A DNA stretch of 64,000 bases, from positions 2,480,001 to 2,544,000 of the forward strand of contig CP075493.1 in the NCBI GenBank assembly GCA_021613535.1, in the 5' to 3' direction. Source of the stretch: Adineta vaga (Eukaryota; Animalia; Rotifera). The notes under the pieces were generated by a model. That model saw only the letters and a list, made by a program, of their open reading frames with translations, was not told the DNA's origin and made no database searches. Each line of letters begins with the position of its first letter. The first letter of the stretch is position 1. The position numbers and the translations under genes were made by a program. Positions 36,471-50,961 of the stretch are shown here, piece by piece.

Positions 36471-39400
36471 TTACAATCGACGAGCTGGAAAGAAATTTAT
36501 CATTGATGTTTGTGTATCGTCAGGATTATTCATTCCTTGACGACGTGTATCGTCAAGTAATGAATCACGTCGATAGTATCGTTTGCTTTGATCATTATTA
36601 CTACTAAATTCATCAACTATTTTAAATACAGAAAGAAATATTTAGTGTAAATAAGATCGAATAAAAAAACATTGTCGATTTACATGAATCATCTGGATCG
36701 AAACGACGTCGTTCAGGCATTCGAATACAGTCACCACCAAGTGCTTTCAAACCATCCATCAAACAATCCAAATATTCAAACATTTGAGATTGCTAAAAGC
36801 AAATATTTTTCATAAAAAAACGAAGACTTGTGACCTCATCTTACTTGATAATTAAATGCCTGAAAACGATTTTCAAGTATTCGCATTCGATTTATGATAT
36901 TTTCATTAGGTGATTGACTGAATATCACAAAAAAAGTAAACTATAACATAGAAACAAACTACGACAATCTTCTTTACTTTTTTCCATCATTGATTGTTCT
37001 GCCCATTTTTGTATAGTTATAATGAACTTCATCTCCGAATGCATCTTCAGCGATTTCAACCGTTGCCGCAGCTTTTTCATCAAGAGAAATTTCTATCAGA
37101 GAAAGAATCGAAATAAATTAAGAAATTAAACTATATTCTACTACTTACTGTAGTTTGTTCGATTGGTATGTTGATCATGTTTTGTTTTAAGCCATGATGA
37201 GTTAATACACGGTGATAGAGTATATAATATAAAACGCCAAATATGTGAAAAGATAATAAATGGAGGAGGTAATGACGGACGAGATAGATATTCACGTATA
37301 AGTGAATATCTTTGAAATTTCCATATTCGATCTGTATCATTTTCAAGTCGATTGAAAGTATTACTAAACAGAATAATATATTTACTTTAATAAAACACAA
37401 ACAAACTTTCTATCATTCAATACCTAAACATTGCAATAAGTAAATTAACCAAAAGTATACTAACAATTGCCATATAAATCACAAGTAAGATAAAAACAGC
37501 ATAACCATTCGGATTGTAATTCTCTAAACGAAAATATATCATTGTCTTTTGTAAATTATTCTTCTTAATTCTTTTCCTTACGTTCAAATTCATCCAAAGC
37601 ATTTAATTCACCAAATATTTGCCAATAAGCAAGATTGATGATTTCACGAGGTAAATGCCAAGAGAACTTTTGTGCACCGTATATAAGACTGTACGATGAT
37701 ACACCGAAACCCAAAATAAATACCGTTAACATTAACATGAAAAATTTCAAATCATTTGCCTTGAATAAGAAACAATTTGCTTTAGATAAGAATAAATTGC
37801 TATTAATTACTCACCATTTCTCCAATCATCACTAATTTTGGTCCAAGTCGTTTAACAGCTGCGAAGATATCCAATGAACGCATAAACCAAAGTGTTAAAT
37901 CAACTGATAGAATAATTCGTGCAGCACAAAAGCATTCTGATACTGGTAGAAAACGAAGACCAAAACCAATATAAAACAAAAGAATAGCAATAACATCTAA
38001 TCGATTCCAAAAAACTTCGAAATATCCGTTAATGGCATTGCGTAGTGTTTGTCTTTCCAATGAGAAAAACTACGAAGAAAAAATTTCCAAATGAATTACT
38101 AAAATCTATCAATAGAAAAATTACTTGTCGAATTTCTTCGCAAAATAATGTAAACACCCATCCAGCTAATATTAATTCTGTAATGGCTGGTCGATTATGT
38201 TGACGAAATCCATATGGTATTGCAGTGGTTGACAAATTAGATTCAGTATTTTTCGTAACTCCATGATTATCGTTATTTGTTATGCGTTTTGGTTCATTTG
38301 TAGGTGCACAACTATCCGATTTAAATTCGTAAAGTGGAAAAAAATCGCATAATATTACATAGGAGAAAAGTAATAGAAAGAACACATGGAAATACTAGAA
38401 AATAAATTCATGATTTCATTTATATATACATATCAATTGAATACTTACTACACTATAGAGATATTTAACAATTGGCGCACGGATGAATTTGAGAATATTT
38501 CTAAAGTAACGCATGACTCGAGTTCGACTTCTAAATGACAAGTAAATGAATGATTCATACGATTGATTTTACTAATTCTTACGTTAATGATTGATTAGTT
38601 AGATGAATCAATTTAAAGTGTTAGTATTTAATAATTAGCTTTGCTTTATTTACTTTTCAAAACATCCGATATCGACAAATTCAAGTGGCATATCTTCCAA
38701 GATATTAATATCATGTAGTAACTTCATTTGAACACCATCTGTTGCTCTAAAACAAAATGAAAAATCGATCGAATAGAGAAATGATTATACATAGTTTCAA
38801 TCTGCAAACTCAGCACATACTTATCTTTCGAATGTTTTGATTTCGTGACTTGATTGTGTTGTGATAAATTTGATTTACGTGATGAATTCTACAATATCCA
38901 CCACATTTCACAAGGAATTAAAATACAAAAAAAAACAAACATACGTCAAGATACGATGTTTTGTCATTCGTCTTGACTAATTCATCATGATAACGAAGAA
39001 GACCACTGTACCAAAGCATAATTGTGGAAAAAATGATGCCCGTATGCGTTTCACGTTGATCAATAAATCCAAACCAGATATTATTAAGAACATCTTGAAC
39101 AGCTTTTTGAGCAATAAATTCTTTTGCCTCAGCAGATATAGCCAATTCTAACCATGTTACATTTCCATACGCTGGTATTTGTCGTATAATCGCTTTTGTA
39201 CATGCACGAGTATCAGCTTCATAGAATCGATCGAGAATTTGTACAGCTAATTTTTCGAATTCTTCAGCATATTGAAGATAACTTTCATCATTCGTTTTAC
39301 GAGCACGCTTCCTATAGATCAATACAGCAACCAATGCAGCACCTTAAAAAGATAATTTCAATTCGTGAATACATACATTCGAAAGAAGATGTTTCTCACA

Positions 39401-42145
39401 GATTTTATTCTTTCCACGAGACCAGAAGAGTAAATTAAACTCATGTCGACCAGTGAGAACCGACCAAATGAAAAGTTCTTTGTCAACATCCATATGACTA
39501 TCGAAATTCGAAAATCCACCTGAAATAAAAAGAAGAAATCTAATAGAGTAATTAGTTAGTTAACGTTCAACCAGGAAACAAGAACATCATTATAACTTAT
39601 TCTCATTAGAAGAGAAATTGATGTAATGAAATAGTCGAATGATTAAATAGAGAACGTTACCATCAGATTGTAAATTTTCAAGGTTCTCAGTCACTGATTC
39701 AATATGAAAATGTCGATCTGCCCATGGTGTCAAACAACATGAACATGATTCTGGTTCAGCTTGTGAATTCAATCGTGCAATTGATGAGAATTTTTTTGGA
39801 TGTAAAGCAACATCAACTTCAAAATAATCTCCTATCAACGGTTGAATAATTTCTCGATAGATTGCTCGTAATCGATCACCAGGAATAGACTCGAAATCAT
39901 AATACTATTCAAAAGAATGAATAAATAACAAACAAACAAACAAAAAATATGTCTTAATCTATTTACTTCTTTAAATGTATGTTCGTAAAGTGAAGGAAGT
40001 TTATCATTATCACGAAACACATCAGTCAATGAAAAATCATGATCAAGAAATAATCGTACAAATTCAATTTGATTTCGTTCAAGTGCTTCTTCAAACATAT
40101 CATTTAAATTAATTCTCTAAAATATGAAATTTTTCTCTATGATGCTATTAATTCTATCTAGGACAACGTTGAATCTTACATCCCAATCTCGATCATTTTT
40201 CATAATATAATTCTTTGCTATATCAGGACGATTCCATTCCAAAGCTAAATGAAACTGTTCACGTTTACGTTGATTATTGGATTTACTTGAATCGGAACCT
40301 GATGTTGCTAAACATTAGAAGAAAAAGAATTTTCATCGAAATAAAGAGTTTTATTCGTTACCATTTAGCAAAGCTTGTAAAATAGCTAGATCGATATCGG
40401 GTTCAACGGAATCTCTTGAAGTAAGACTAACAACATTTAAAAATATTTTTCGTGTATCAATACATTCATAAACTAATTCGAAATAATCAGTATCATCTTG
40501 TTTCGGTGGTCTTGGATCACTTCCCGATACGGTACCTCGTCGTGATGGTCTGGTAACACCACTATTCGATGGATCACTCGAACTACTACTGATTCCACGA
40601 ATTTCGTCTCTTAATTCTTCGCGAAGTTTATTTTTTAATTCATCATAACGTCGTAATACTGTACTAGGATCTGCACTAAAATTCAAACAATATAAAACAT
40701 CATTATTCATGAAGCAAACAAAAAGACAAATGTTACTTGGAAATATCTTCTAAGATTTCTAAATTTTTATGATATTCATTGTAAAGACGTAGTGCTTTAG
40801 CAAATAAATCACAACATCGACCAGTTCCTTCAAAAAACACAGCGGGAATATTATTTTGAACAACTGCTTCATGAACTAGAATCAGATGAAAAGTAAATTT
40901 CAATAGTTGCTTCTTCTTCTCCTCAAAAGTATCATTTGCTACCTGTTCGAACAGTATTTGGACCACCTTCAACAACGAGAAGAACAACAGGTACTGGATC
41001 TATATTTTCAGAATCAAGTATATCATTGAATATTTATCTTTGAATATGAAATTTTACCTGATTGTTCTGGACGTAAAGATTGTGTTTTCGTTAAACTTGG
41101 ATTAGCATTATTAGGAAGTGATGCAGGTCGTGTGGCAAAAAAGCCACCCGATATAGCTTGCTCAAGTCGAGCACGAAATGTAATTTCACGTCCATATTTT
41201 CGTTCACTTCCATCATCAACAAATATGAATTCTGTATGATTAGGTTCGAGTGGTGCTTCACCTTTTTGTTCACTTCGTGATTTACAATAATGTACATTTG
41301 CTCCATGTACATCTAATTGTGCAACATTTGATACACATCCCCATGTGGCAATACCCTAATGTTAATTTATATTTTACATATGGAGGAATATTTGTTATAA
41401 TTTCTACTAACAATTAAATGGATGGGTCGTGAACGATCAGGATTTATTTGAACAATTTCACCAACAAGTTTCATAATTCCTGTATTCATTCCTCCAGTTA
41501 TAATCCAAGCACCTACAAAATCAAAGACAGTTGAATATTTTCATTTCAATTAAAAATTAAAATAGTCAGAAAATGATACCTGTCGTTCGTGCTACTTTTG
41601 AAAGACCACGTCGAAATGCTCTCAATAATTTGGATTCCATACGATAATCCTTTGCACCACCTGTTATCGATATGACCAATGATGGTCTCTAGAAATAGAG
41701 ACCCAAATTCTCATATTCTCAATATCTGAATACAAATTTTCAATAGAATGAAACTAACTTTCTCACACCATTGTTTGATGAGTAATTCTTTGACGTGCAC
41801 AACAGATGCTTCCGGTGGTACACGAATAAATTCTGCTCGATTAGATTTATTATCGGCAACTTGAAAGAGAGATAAAGCAGATCATTTCCTTTTCTTTTTC
41901 AAAAAACATGCATCGATCTTACACGTAATTGTTCCATGTGATTTCACTCCAATAGCTTTATGTAACTAAATCCAAAAGCAAACTCATTAACCTTAATCTA
42001 CTGTCTTCGTTTATTTTACTTGATTGTTATCTCGACGATGATTTACAGGAATCAATTTTGAGAAGATTCGATTTACATTATCCACAAGTTGATTCGATGA
42101 TGGTTGGGTCGTGGTCGTTACAGGTGTAGCCGATGGGTCGAGCAT
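36471..42145 (-). CDS. TRPM-family cation channel, about 19 exons
   Basis: SLOG/MHR motifs (PSLVISITGGAKDY, GAWIITGGMNTGIMKLVG, LEPNHTEFIFVDDG, EGTGRCCD), LALEWNRPDIA, ALERNQIEFVRLFLD, TM segments (WNRLDVIAI, RLGPKLVMIGEM, AYWQIFGEL, ILLVNLLIAMF), TRP box (IWKFQRY..LPPP). No C-terminal enzyme domain. Confidence 0.93.
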
Positions 42146-42370
42146 GTTAGAATTAGGTTTCTGATAGGAAAAATTAAATGATGATATGCTTCATCAATTT
42201 CATACTCTATCATATAAATTCGATATGAGTATCATCGATATCAACCAATTGTTCGTTTTGTACAGATGAACCAATCAGAGTTGATCACGATGAATCATCG
42301 GTATATTTTTCATTCAAGGAAAAAGAAGAAATCAGTTTCAGTTTGTCCTTTCATCACATTACGAATAACA

Positions 42371-42705
42371 ATGAGTTCTACGACGAAAAAATTTCGTGAA
42401 TTCATGGCTGAACCACTTGGTGACAAAGGTATTCGAGATGTTCCTGGTATAGGTGATGTTTTGGGTACGAAGTTAGCCGAAGCTGGTTATGAAAAGGTTT
42501 GTTTTCAGAAAAGGAAAGTTTCATTTTCATCAAGATTTTGATTTGTTTCTTTCATTAGGCATACACTTTATTTGGTAAATATTTACTGTTGAACAAAGAC
42601 GTCGAACAATTTCAAGATTGGATTCAAACACAATGTGGAGCGAATAGTCATCAAGCGAAAACAGCTGCACAAGCATTATCCGAATGGGCTGAAGCGTTTA
42701 TCTGA
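42371..42705 (+). CDS. BANF1: Barrier-to-autointegration factor, copy 1 (2 exons)
   Basis: MSSTTKKFREFMAEPLGDKGIRDVPGIGDVLGTKLAEAGYEK|AYTLFGKYLLLNKDVEQFQDWIQTQCGANSHQAKTAAQALSEWAEAFI. Confidence 0.93.
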
Positions 42706-42815
42706 AACCTTGTATTGATGTTTTATAATTTTGTTCATTTTTAACCTGAAATAAACAGAAACGTAAACTTATTTTTATGGAATTCTAGATTTGATTTTTC
42801 TTTAACGACGAAACA

Positions 42816-43142
42816 ATGTCATCGTCAACATCACAAAAATATCGAGATTTTACCGGTGAACCTTTGAAAGATAAAGATATTAGTGAAATACCCGGTTTAG
42901 GACCAAAACTAGCGAAGAATTTAGAAGAAAATGGAATTAAAAAAGTATGTGAATTTTTGTACATTTCAATATAAAGTCAATTTCATCTATTTTAGGCTTA
43001 TGAATTATTAGGAATTTACTTAACTTTATTAAAAAACAAAGATTATTTTGAACTTTGGATTCGTGACAATGCCGGTGCTAATCGTCATCAAGCTAAACAA
43101 TGTGCCGATGCTATTGATGCATTTTGTTCGCAATTTTTATAA
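42816..43142 (+). CDS. Barrier-to-autointegration factor-like, copy 2 (2 exons; missed by the ORF track)
   Basis: MSSSTSQKYRDFTGEPLKDKDISEIPGLGPKLAKNLEENGIKK|AYELLGIYLTLLKNKDYFELWIRDNAGANRHQAKQCADAIDAFCSQFL; same intron position as copy 1. Confidence 0.9.
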
Positions 43143-43541
43143 AAACAAATATTTCTTTTTATTTTTCTGTTACATATACATTTGATCTTTGAAAGCAATA
43201 AAAACGTAACTCCTATTCTTGCTATTATTATTATTTTATAGAGAAACTGTTTGTAGATCAAATATCTGCTTTTTTTTCGTCATATAAATAATTCCATTTT
43301 TTTCTCACGTCAAATTTAACGAAACAAAAAATAAATATTACTATCATATATCTTTAATTCAAGATATATCTACAAGTATAAGTACACGCCCTCTATTCTA
43401 TTATGATAAGTTCATTCGTTCGAATATCCGGTATATTACGGATAAAAATAACTAAATTGGATGATCTTATATTTTGATTTCTTTGTATCTTATTTTAACT
43501 TATTTTACAAAAGGAAATTTATTCTATAGATCATCAAGATA

Positions 43542-46500
43542 ATGGACGATTTTGATCTTGATCTTATCGATGAACTTTGCTCATCGTTTTGTACACCGTG
43601 TCTAAGTCAAGAAAGAAAAGAAAATAATTCAATAAATATCAATCAATCTTCAGCAAAGTCAACACGTAAACGAACATCGACAACAAATCCTCCAGAAAAT
43701 GCTGTCGTCAAGAAAATGTGCTTATCTGATACGACAAATAAATTAACTATTGATGAATATGAAGAGATTAGTACATTGGATGAATCAGCATTACAAATGC
43801 TTGTATGATAATATCCTTGGAAAATAAGAGATATTTATTTTTTTTGAAATATTCCAGTGTGAAGAATGGGAACCACCATCACAATTTCCATCTTTACTTG
43901 ATCGAATTGCTACTCTATTAGAAAAATATCGAAATATTCGATCATTACATAGTAAGAAAATGAATATTTTTTATCAATCTAATAATCTGATTTATTCGAT
44001 AAAAGATTGGCAAAAGAAATGTCTCGATTTACCTGCTCGCCGAAAAAATCAAAATCTTATTTATACTCTTCCAACAAGTGGTGGCAAAGTTTTTATCAAT
44101 ATTGCAGTTTTTTTTGCATACATCGAATTGTATTTTTTTTTCTATCGTTTTAGACATTAGTTGCTGAAATTATGATGCTTAATTGTTTATTTCATCGAAA
44201 TCTTGATGCTATCTTTATTCTACCATTTGTCGCAGTTGTTCAAGAAAAAGTTAATTTCTTATTTATGATTATCTATTCAATCGAGTTCTCATTTTGTAGG
44301 TTCGAAGTCTTCAACCATTTGCTGATGAACTTGGTGAATATGATGAACAAAAAAGATCCTCATGAAAGATTTGTGTTGTAAATAGGTTTTCATCTGGAAG
44401 AATATGCAGCAAGTAAAGGACGTTATCCACCTTTGAAACGGCGAGTGAAACGATCACTTTATGTGTGTACAATTGAAAAAGCCAATTCATTAATTAATAG
44501 TCTCATTGAACACGATCGAATGGCTGAATTAGGTATTATCGTTGTTGATGAGGTAGAATGGAATCGAATATTTTGTACGATATCTAATTCTCTTGATTTA
44601 TTTTCTAGTTGCATATGATTGGTGAAGGACAGCGAGGAGCTATCTTGGAAAGTCTTTTGACTAAAGTTCGAATGCTTACACGTAAATTCTTAGGAAAAAA
44701 TTCTCTTTATCTCACCAAAAGTTTCTGTTTTTCTTGTTAGCTCAACCACAAATTGTTGGTATGTCCGCAACATTGGCTAATATTGATGATTTACTTAAAT
44801 TTCTCGATGCACAATTCTATGAAGAACGTTTTCGACCCGTATGAAATTCACTTCGATGAAATTTCATTTTCAACTTCGATTTTAAACAGGTTGAACTTGA
44901 AGAATATGTGAAAGTCGGTGATATGGTGTATAAAATTGATCGAAAGAATAACAATCAATTGATTGAACATCGACGATTAGATTTTAAAGTTCGTAATGTT
45001 CATTAATTCCAGTTCATCGAGTAGATACAATTGAATTTTAGTATACGAAACAAAATTTATTAAATGATCCCGATCGACTTGTTGGATTAGGTGAAAGTTG
45101 ACAATTGATTTACTTTTATTGAAATTGAATCCAACTTTTCTTTAGTTTCCGAAGTTATTCCCGACGATTCATGTTTGGTCTTTTGTGCATCAAAAATGAA
45201 TTGTGAAAATGTCGCACGATTAATCGTTAGTTTTATGCCCGAGTAAGATGATCTTTCTTAACACTGATATCCAATTTTTTGTATATATTTTACAGGAAAT
45301 TACGTGAAGATAATCGTGAGAAACGTTCGATTCTACTTGAATCATTAGTTGAAGTTAATGAAGGTGATCTATGTGAAATATTAAAAACAACAATTCCATT
45401 TGGTATTGCATATCATCACAGTGGGTTAACAGGCGATGGTAAATATCGATCGATATGCAAATCCTATCATACTGTTGAGAGATCATCTTAAACATTAACT
45501 ATCTATTTAGAACGTCAACTCATTGAAGAAGCATTCCTTGATGGTATTTTAACATGTATAACTTGTACATCAACACTTTCAACTGGTGTTAATCTTCCGG
45601 CTAAACGGTAATTTGTGTTTGTTTGTTTGTTTTTTTGAATAAAGAAAAAACGATCATTGATTTTTTTAGAGTTATTCTTCGATCACCTTATGTTGCTAGT
45701 CATTTTTTAACTTTTGCTCAATATAAACAAATGAGCGGTAGAAAGAAGCTTTGTTTTGTTCGCAAAAACATGATATTTTCATTTTATTAATAGGACGTGC
45801 TGGTCGAACAGGTCAATCTCAAACTGGTGAATGTTATGTCATTGCACGTGAGAAAGATATGAAATCAGTATGTTCTTCTTCAATTAAGAATCATTGTATT
45901 ATTGTATGATCTTCTTCTAGCTTCGAGATATGATATTTACTGTAGCAGAAAACAATACTGGTTGTGATAGTCATCTATCAATAAATAATAATTATGCAAT
46001 AAAACAACTTTTATTGAATGTTATCAGTCTTAAAGTGAGAGAATTTATTATTTTCTTCATTTTGTATTTTCATTTCAATTAGATGTGTACGACATACGAA
46101 TCATTAATGAATTTATTACAAAAGACTCTTCTTGCTTTACAAACTGATCGTTTAAATCTGAATCTTGAAAATCTTCTTGATGAATGTTTACAATACTTAA
46201 TCGATACAAAAATTGTTCAACTCAAACAAGAAGAACAAACAAATGATGAGAGTAATAGTAATGAAAGTATCAAACAATCTACATATGAAATAACAAAATT
46301 AGGCAAAGCAACAGTTGAAGGTTGAACTATTCTTAGGATAAATTTATTTGAAAAAAACAATGTTGAATCATATTTAGGAAGTGTGGATTTAAGTTTAGCT
46401 GATTCATTATATAAACATTTATCAATCAGTTTAATTGATATGAATTTAGAAAATCCATTACATTTACTTTACATTACGATGCCCTTTGATTTACCAACTA

Positions 46501-47435
46501 TGACGATTGGATTTCGTCAACTTGTCGATCGTGTAAGTCTTATTAATGGGTAATATTGTACACTCAATTATGTTTGTTTTTGAACAGATGCAAGAAATGA
46601 AAAATGAAGAAAAACTCGTATTGAAATTATTAGAAATTGATGAAACATTTTTACACAAGAAAGCGGTCGGTTTACCGGCACAAACAGTATGAATAGTTTT
46701 TAAGAAAACATTTACATATATATCAAATTTGCCTTTTGTTCATGATAGAAAGTGAGCAAAGAAGCATTGTTACGTTTTTATGTTGCAATGATGTTATATG
46801 ATTTGTTTAAAAATAAAAGTTTTTATGATGTCGCAAAATTTTGGGATCAATCGCGTGGTACTATACAAAATCTTTATTCTCAAGTGGGTTCATTTGCAAC
46901 ATCCATACTTTATTTTAGTAAAGTAAGATTCTCCAATAGATTGCCTTCTCTTCATATTTTTGTTTAGATCTATGATGAATTTTGGCCTTATCAACAATTA
47001 TGTAAGTTCATAAGATCAAGGATGAATATGATAATTTTCATGGAATTTTTCAGTACCGATCTTTGTTCAACGATTAACATTTTGTACGTCATTAGAAATT
47101 CTACCATTAATGGAAATTCCTGGAATTAAACGAGTAAATTCTTTATTGAGAATATGTCGATGAAGTAATGAATATTGTAGGGTCGTGCTTTACAATTAGT
47201 ACGTGCAGGTTACCGTACACTTCGAAGTTTAGCTAAAGCTCAACCGGATGATTTGATGAAAGCTGTACTTAATTTACCATTACGAACAGCACAAATTCTT
47301 GTTAAGCATTCCAAAGTATTTCAATCGATTTGTTTTCTTCAATGAATAATATGTTTCTCTTTCTAGCGACTTCTTTGTGAACAAGCAGAAGATCTACGAG
47401 ATCAAGCAGCTGAATTAGTTGATAATATTACATAG
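43542..47435 (+). CDS. HELQ: Helicase POLQ-like (HEL308), about 22 short exons
   Basis: [130 protein letters not shown]; no polymerase domain. Confidence 0.95.
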
Positions 47436-47733
47436 GAAATTTGATTTATTTATATCTTCAATTGTATATTTTTGTATTTGTGATTTTATTATCAATTGAA
47501 TAATTGTCCTTTTCTTTTCTAATCATGTTTAACTTGTCAGATAATTATGAAATAAATGAAATTCGAAAAACTGATTAAATAAATCATAAAAAAAGCGAAG
47601 ACATTTATTTTTTAAATTCAAAAAGAAAACTGAATAAATGATATATCTGTTAATTAATTTTCTTGTCCCATCTACTAACAGAATGTACAACACCCAAACA
47701 CACGCGTACATATAGAGAAAAGAGGCATTCATT

Positions 47734-50174
47734 CTACCAAACAGCATGTCGAATTTTGCCTGTATTCTTTTGTGCACCACCTGGTAAGAATGGTACTTGT
47801 TGTTGTTTAGTTGATAGAGAATTTCGTCGTTGTGTATTCATTTTATCATCTGGACCATCTTTTTCTTTATTGTTTAACCATTTCTCGTATGCATCTTGTG
47901 CACTAACAAATTTGGTTTCTTCATTTTCACGAAGTTTCTTCAACTGTTCTTCTCGATCGGTTTTCTTTGTTTCTTGGTTTTTTTTAATCTGTTGGGCTTT
48001 CTTATCTTCCCATCTTTTAAAAGCTTTAGCAGCTTCTAAAATTCGATTTTGTTTATCTAAACAAATGAAAATGTTTTGAAAATATTTCGAAAACAAAAAG
48101 TAATAACAAGCAAACCTTCTTGTCGTTTTTCAATTTCAGTTTTTTTATTTCGTTCTTCATCGATTTTGTCATGATTCTTTTCATCTTTCTGTTGTTTCCA
48201 ATTATCAAAACCATCTTTCGCATTCTAAACGGATTCAGCAAACAGTTTTTATATCATACATGAAACTTCTTATTTCGAATTTGTCATACTTTTCTCTTTT
48301 GCAGTTGTTCTTGTCGAGCATTTTCTTCTTGTTCTTGTTTTAACGCAAGTTCTTCTTGTTTTTTCTTTCTTATTTGTTCTTCTTTTTCGTGTCGCCATCG
48401 ATCCAGATTTTGTAAATTTTGTTGTACACGACGTTCAATTGTGGATTTATCGATACGTTTCGTTTTTTCTTCTTCCCAACGTTTTGTTAACACTTTATTT
48501 TCTTTTCGTTGATCTTCTTTTGTTTTTAACCATTCAAGGTATACACCATCTTTTATTGTTTGACTCGATTCGGCATGCATTTGACTTGTATTAAGTTCAT
48601 CGAAATTTATCGAAAGATTTGTATTGACGCGTGGTTTCACATGTTCATAACCAGATGATGAACGACGACGTTGACGTGTCGTATTATTATCACTATTTGC
48701 TGAATGTGTTCGGGCTCGAGCACTTTGTGGTCTTGGTAGTGTTTGAGATTTCAATTCTTTTTCAAGTGCACGTTGAATCGATGCAGTTAGATTTATTTCA
48801 GATGCTGGTTGTCGACCAGTATCGACACGTGAAGTTATCTCTTTATAACGTGAAGGAACTTTGAATTGTGGTTTTTTATGAATACCACCTGATGTTGTTG
48901 AAGTCTGTTTTGGTCGAGGAGGTAATCTTGCCGATGGACGAGGAGGTGGCGGTGGTGGTAATGATGGTTGAAGTGCAGTAGCAAGTGCTTCATTATTCGA
49001 TGTTAGAGGATCAAGTAACGGTGGCATATTTGCTGAAGTAACATTATCAATAGCTGATTGAGTTTGTTGACGTGTTGTATTTGATTTTGCTGACGTTGGT
49101 CGTGATTGAGATTGTTGATGAATTACAGGAGGAATAATAGATTCTTGTTCTTCACAATAGGATGAACGACGAACTGGTTCAACTTCTTTTCTACTTGCTG
49201 AACTAGGTCGACTGGATGGTAGTTGATGTTGATTAGCAGTTGTATCAATTTCTCTAGGTACCGTCTAAAATAGTAGAAAAAAATTTGATTATTGATAAAT
49301 TTGAAGAAGAATATGAGCACTATAAATGAGAAATTAGATAATTTACCTGTTCCAATTCATGATTTGATGATCTATGATTTCTAAAATCTTGTCGATCAGA
49401 TAATCTTCGTAATTCATCATTATCATCACTTTTATCCGAATCATCTCGACTTTTTGAACTATTTTTACGTGATTGTGGTCTATCATTAGTAGTTGATGAA
49501 TGTCGAGATTTCGTAAAACCATTGGCCTTTGTTTGTTTTGCCGAAATTGATAATTCTTCTTCATCATCATCATCATCATTATCACTATCACGTCGTTTTC
49601 TATCAATCTCACGATCAGTTGAAAATTGTCTACTATTTTTGCGGAAATCCGTCTTTTGATTGGTACCCAAGAAATCAGTCGGTGATTGTCGTTTTTTTTC
49701 GTTCAAAAAGCCTTTCATAAAATTTTGATTGTTTTCTTCGTCTTCTCTTAATGTTGTAATATGATGTCGAGGACTTGGTTTAATCGTTGATTGACCAAAA
49801 ACATTCCGATCATCATCCTCATCATAATCAGTACGTCGTGGTGGTACCCTTGGTTTTGCTCCATCTTTTGATTTTAGAAATGTACGTTCTTTTGGTTTAG
49901 GTGTACGTTGACTTGATGTACCACTTGATGTACTTCGTCCCGTTTTTGTATTAAGGTCTTCATCTGAATCATTCAAACTATCTTCATCATCATGAATTGT
50001 ATCTAATTTAAGATTCATATTGGACATTTCATTAGGTTTAGGTCTTGTGAAAGTTGCTTTTAAATCTTTAGAACCGAATGTATCCGTTTTGGAAAAACGT
50101 TGAGTTCGAAGAAGATCTGCTGAATGTTCCATATCATCATCATCATCATCATCTGAACCGAAAGGTTTTCTCAT
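47734..50174 (-). CDS. MAP9/ASAP-like microtubule-associated coiled-coil protein, about 4 exons
   Basis: Long charged disordered N-terminus, then IKDGVYLEWLKTKE, repeated K/E helices with AFKRWEDKK and AYEKWLNNKE, and a C-terminal VPFLPGG, resembling the MAP9 C-terminus. Confidence 0.6.
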
Positions 50175-50961
50175 GTTTATATGTATGATGAATTGAATTG
50201 AATAAAAGATACTTGTAAAGGTCTTTTTTTGTATGCAGCCGCCATTATTGACAAACACATGTAAAGCAATACGTAGTAACAGACTTGCCTATGAAATGAT
50301 TGATATTCCAAATGCGAAATATTTTCGAAAGATTTTTTTCTTAAAAAAACAAAGAATTCTTTATAACAATTGAATAATCACAAAAAAATTCAATTTAATT
50401 TCTAAAAAGTTTAATTAACCAATCAGATTTCATCTATGGTACTAATGATGAATCATTCCATTCCATCGAGTCAGATTCTTTTGAAAAAGAAATATGCCAA
50501 AAATTATCGGTATTCGAAGTTTATATCGATGATATATAGATAGATAAATAATCAAGCGAAATATTCAAGTTAGTTTTTTTGTTTTCTTCGCTTTCAACAA
50601 AAATCTGATTAGTATAGAAGTCGTGAAAGTTTTAAACAAAAAATTCATTGTTATACACGGATGTTGTGTTTATAAGAATGTGTTGATCGATTGTTTAATG
50701 AACTTCTTTGTCTTCGACTATAGATAAAAATCAAATAGATAAAGGAGTAAAAGTAACTTTTTCTTTTTCCTATGTTTGAAGATTTTAATCATCAGTATGA
50801 ATAGATAAGTAGTAAACTTTGAAACGAAAAAGTTACTTGAAAACAAAAAAAACCATAATAGATGACTCTTTAATATAGTACTAGTAGTTTTACATATCGT
50901 ATTCTTCTCTTTAGATTATTTGTATTATTGTCTTGTTCTTAACTTTATTCATGAATCAAAA

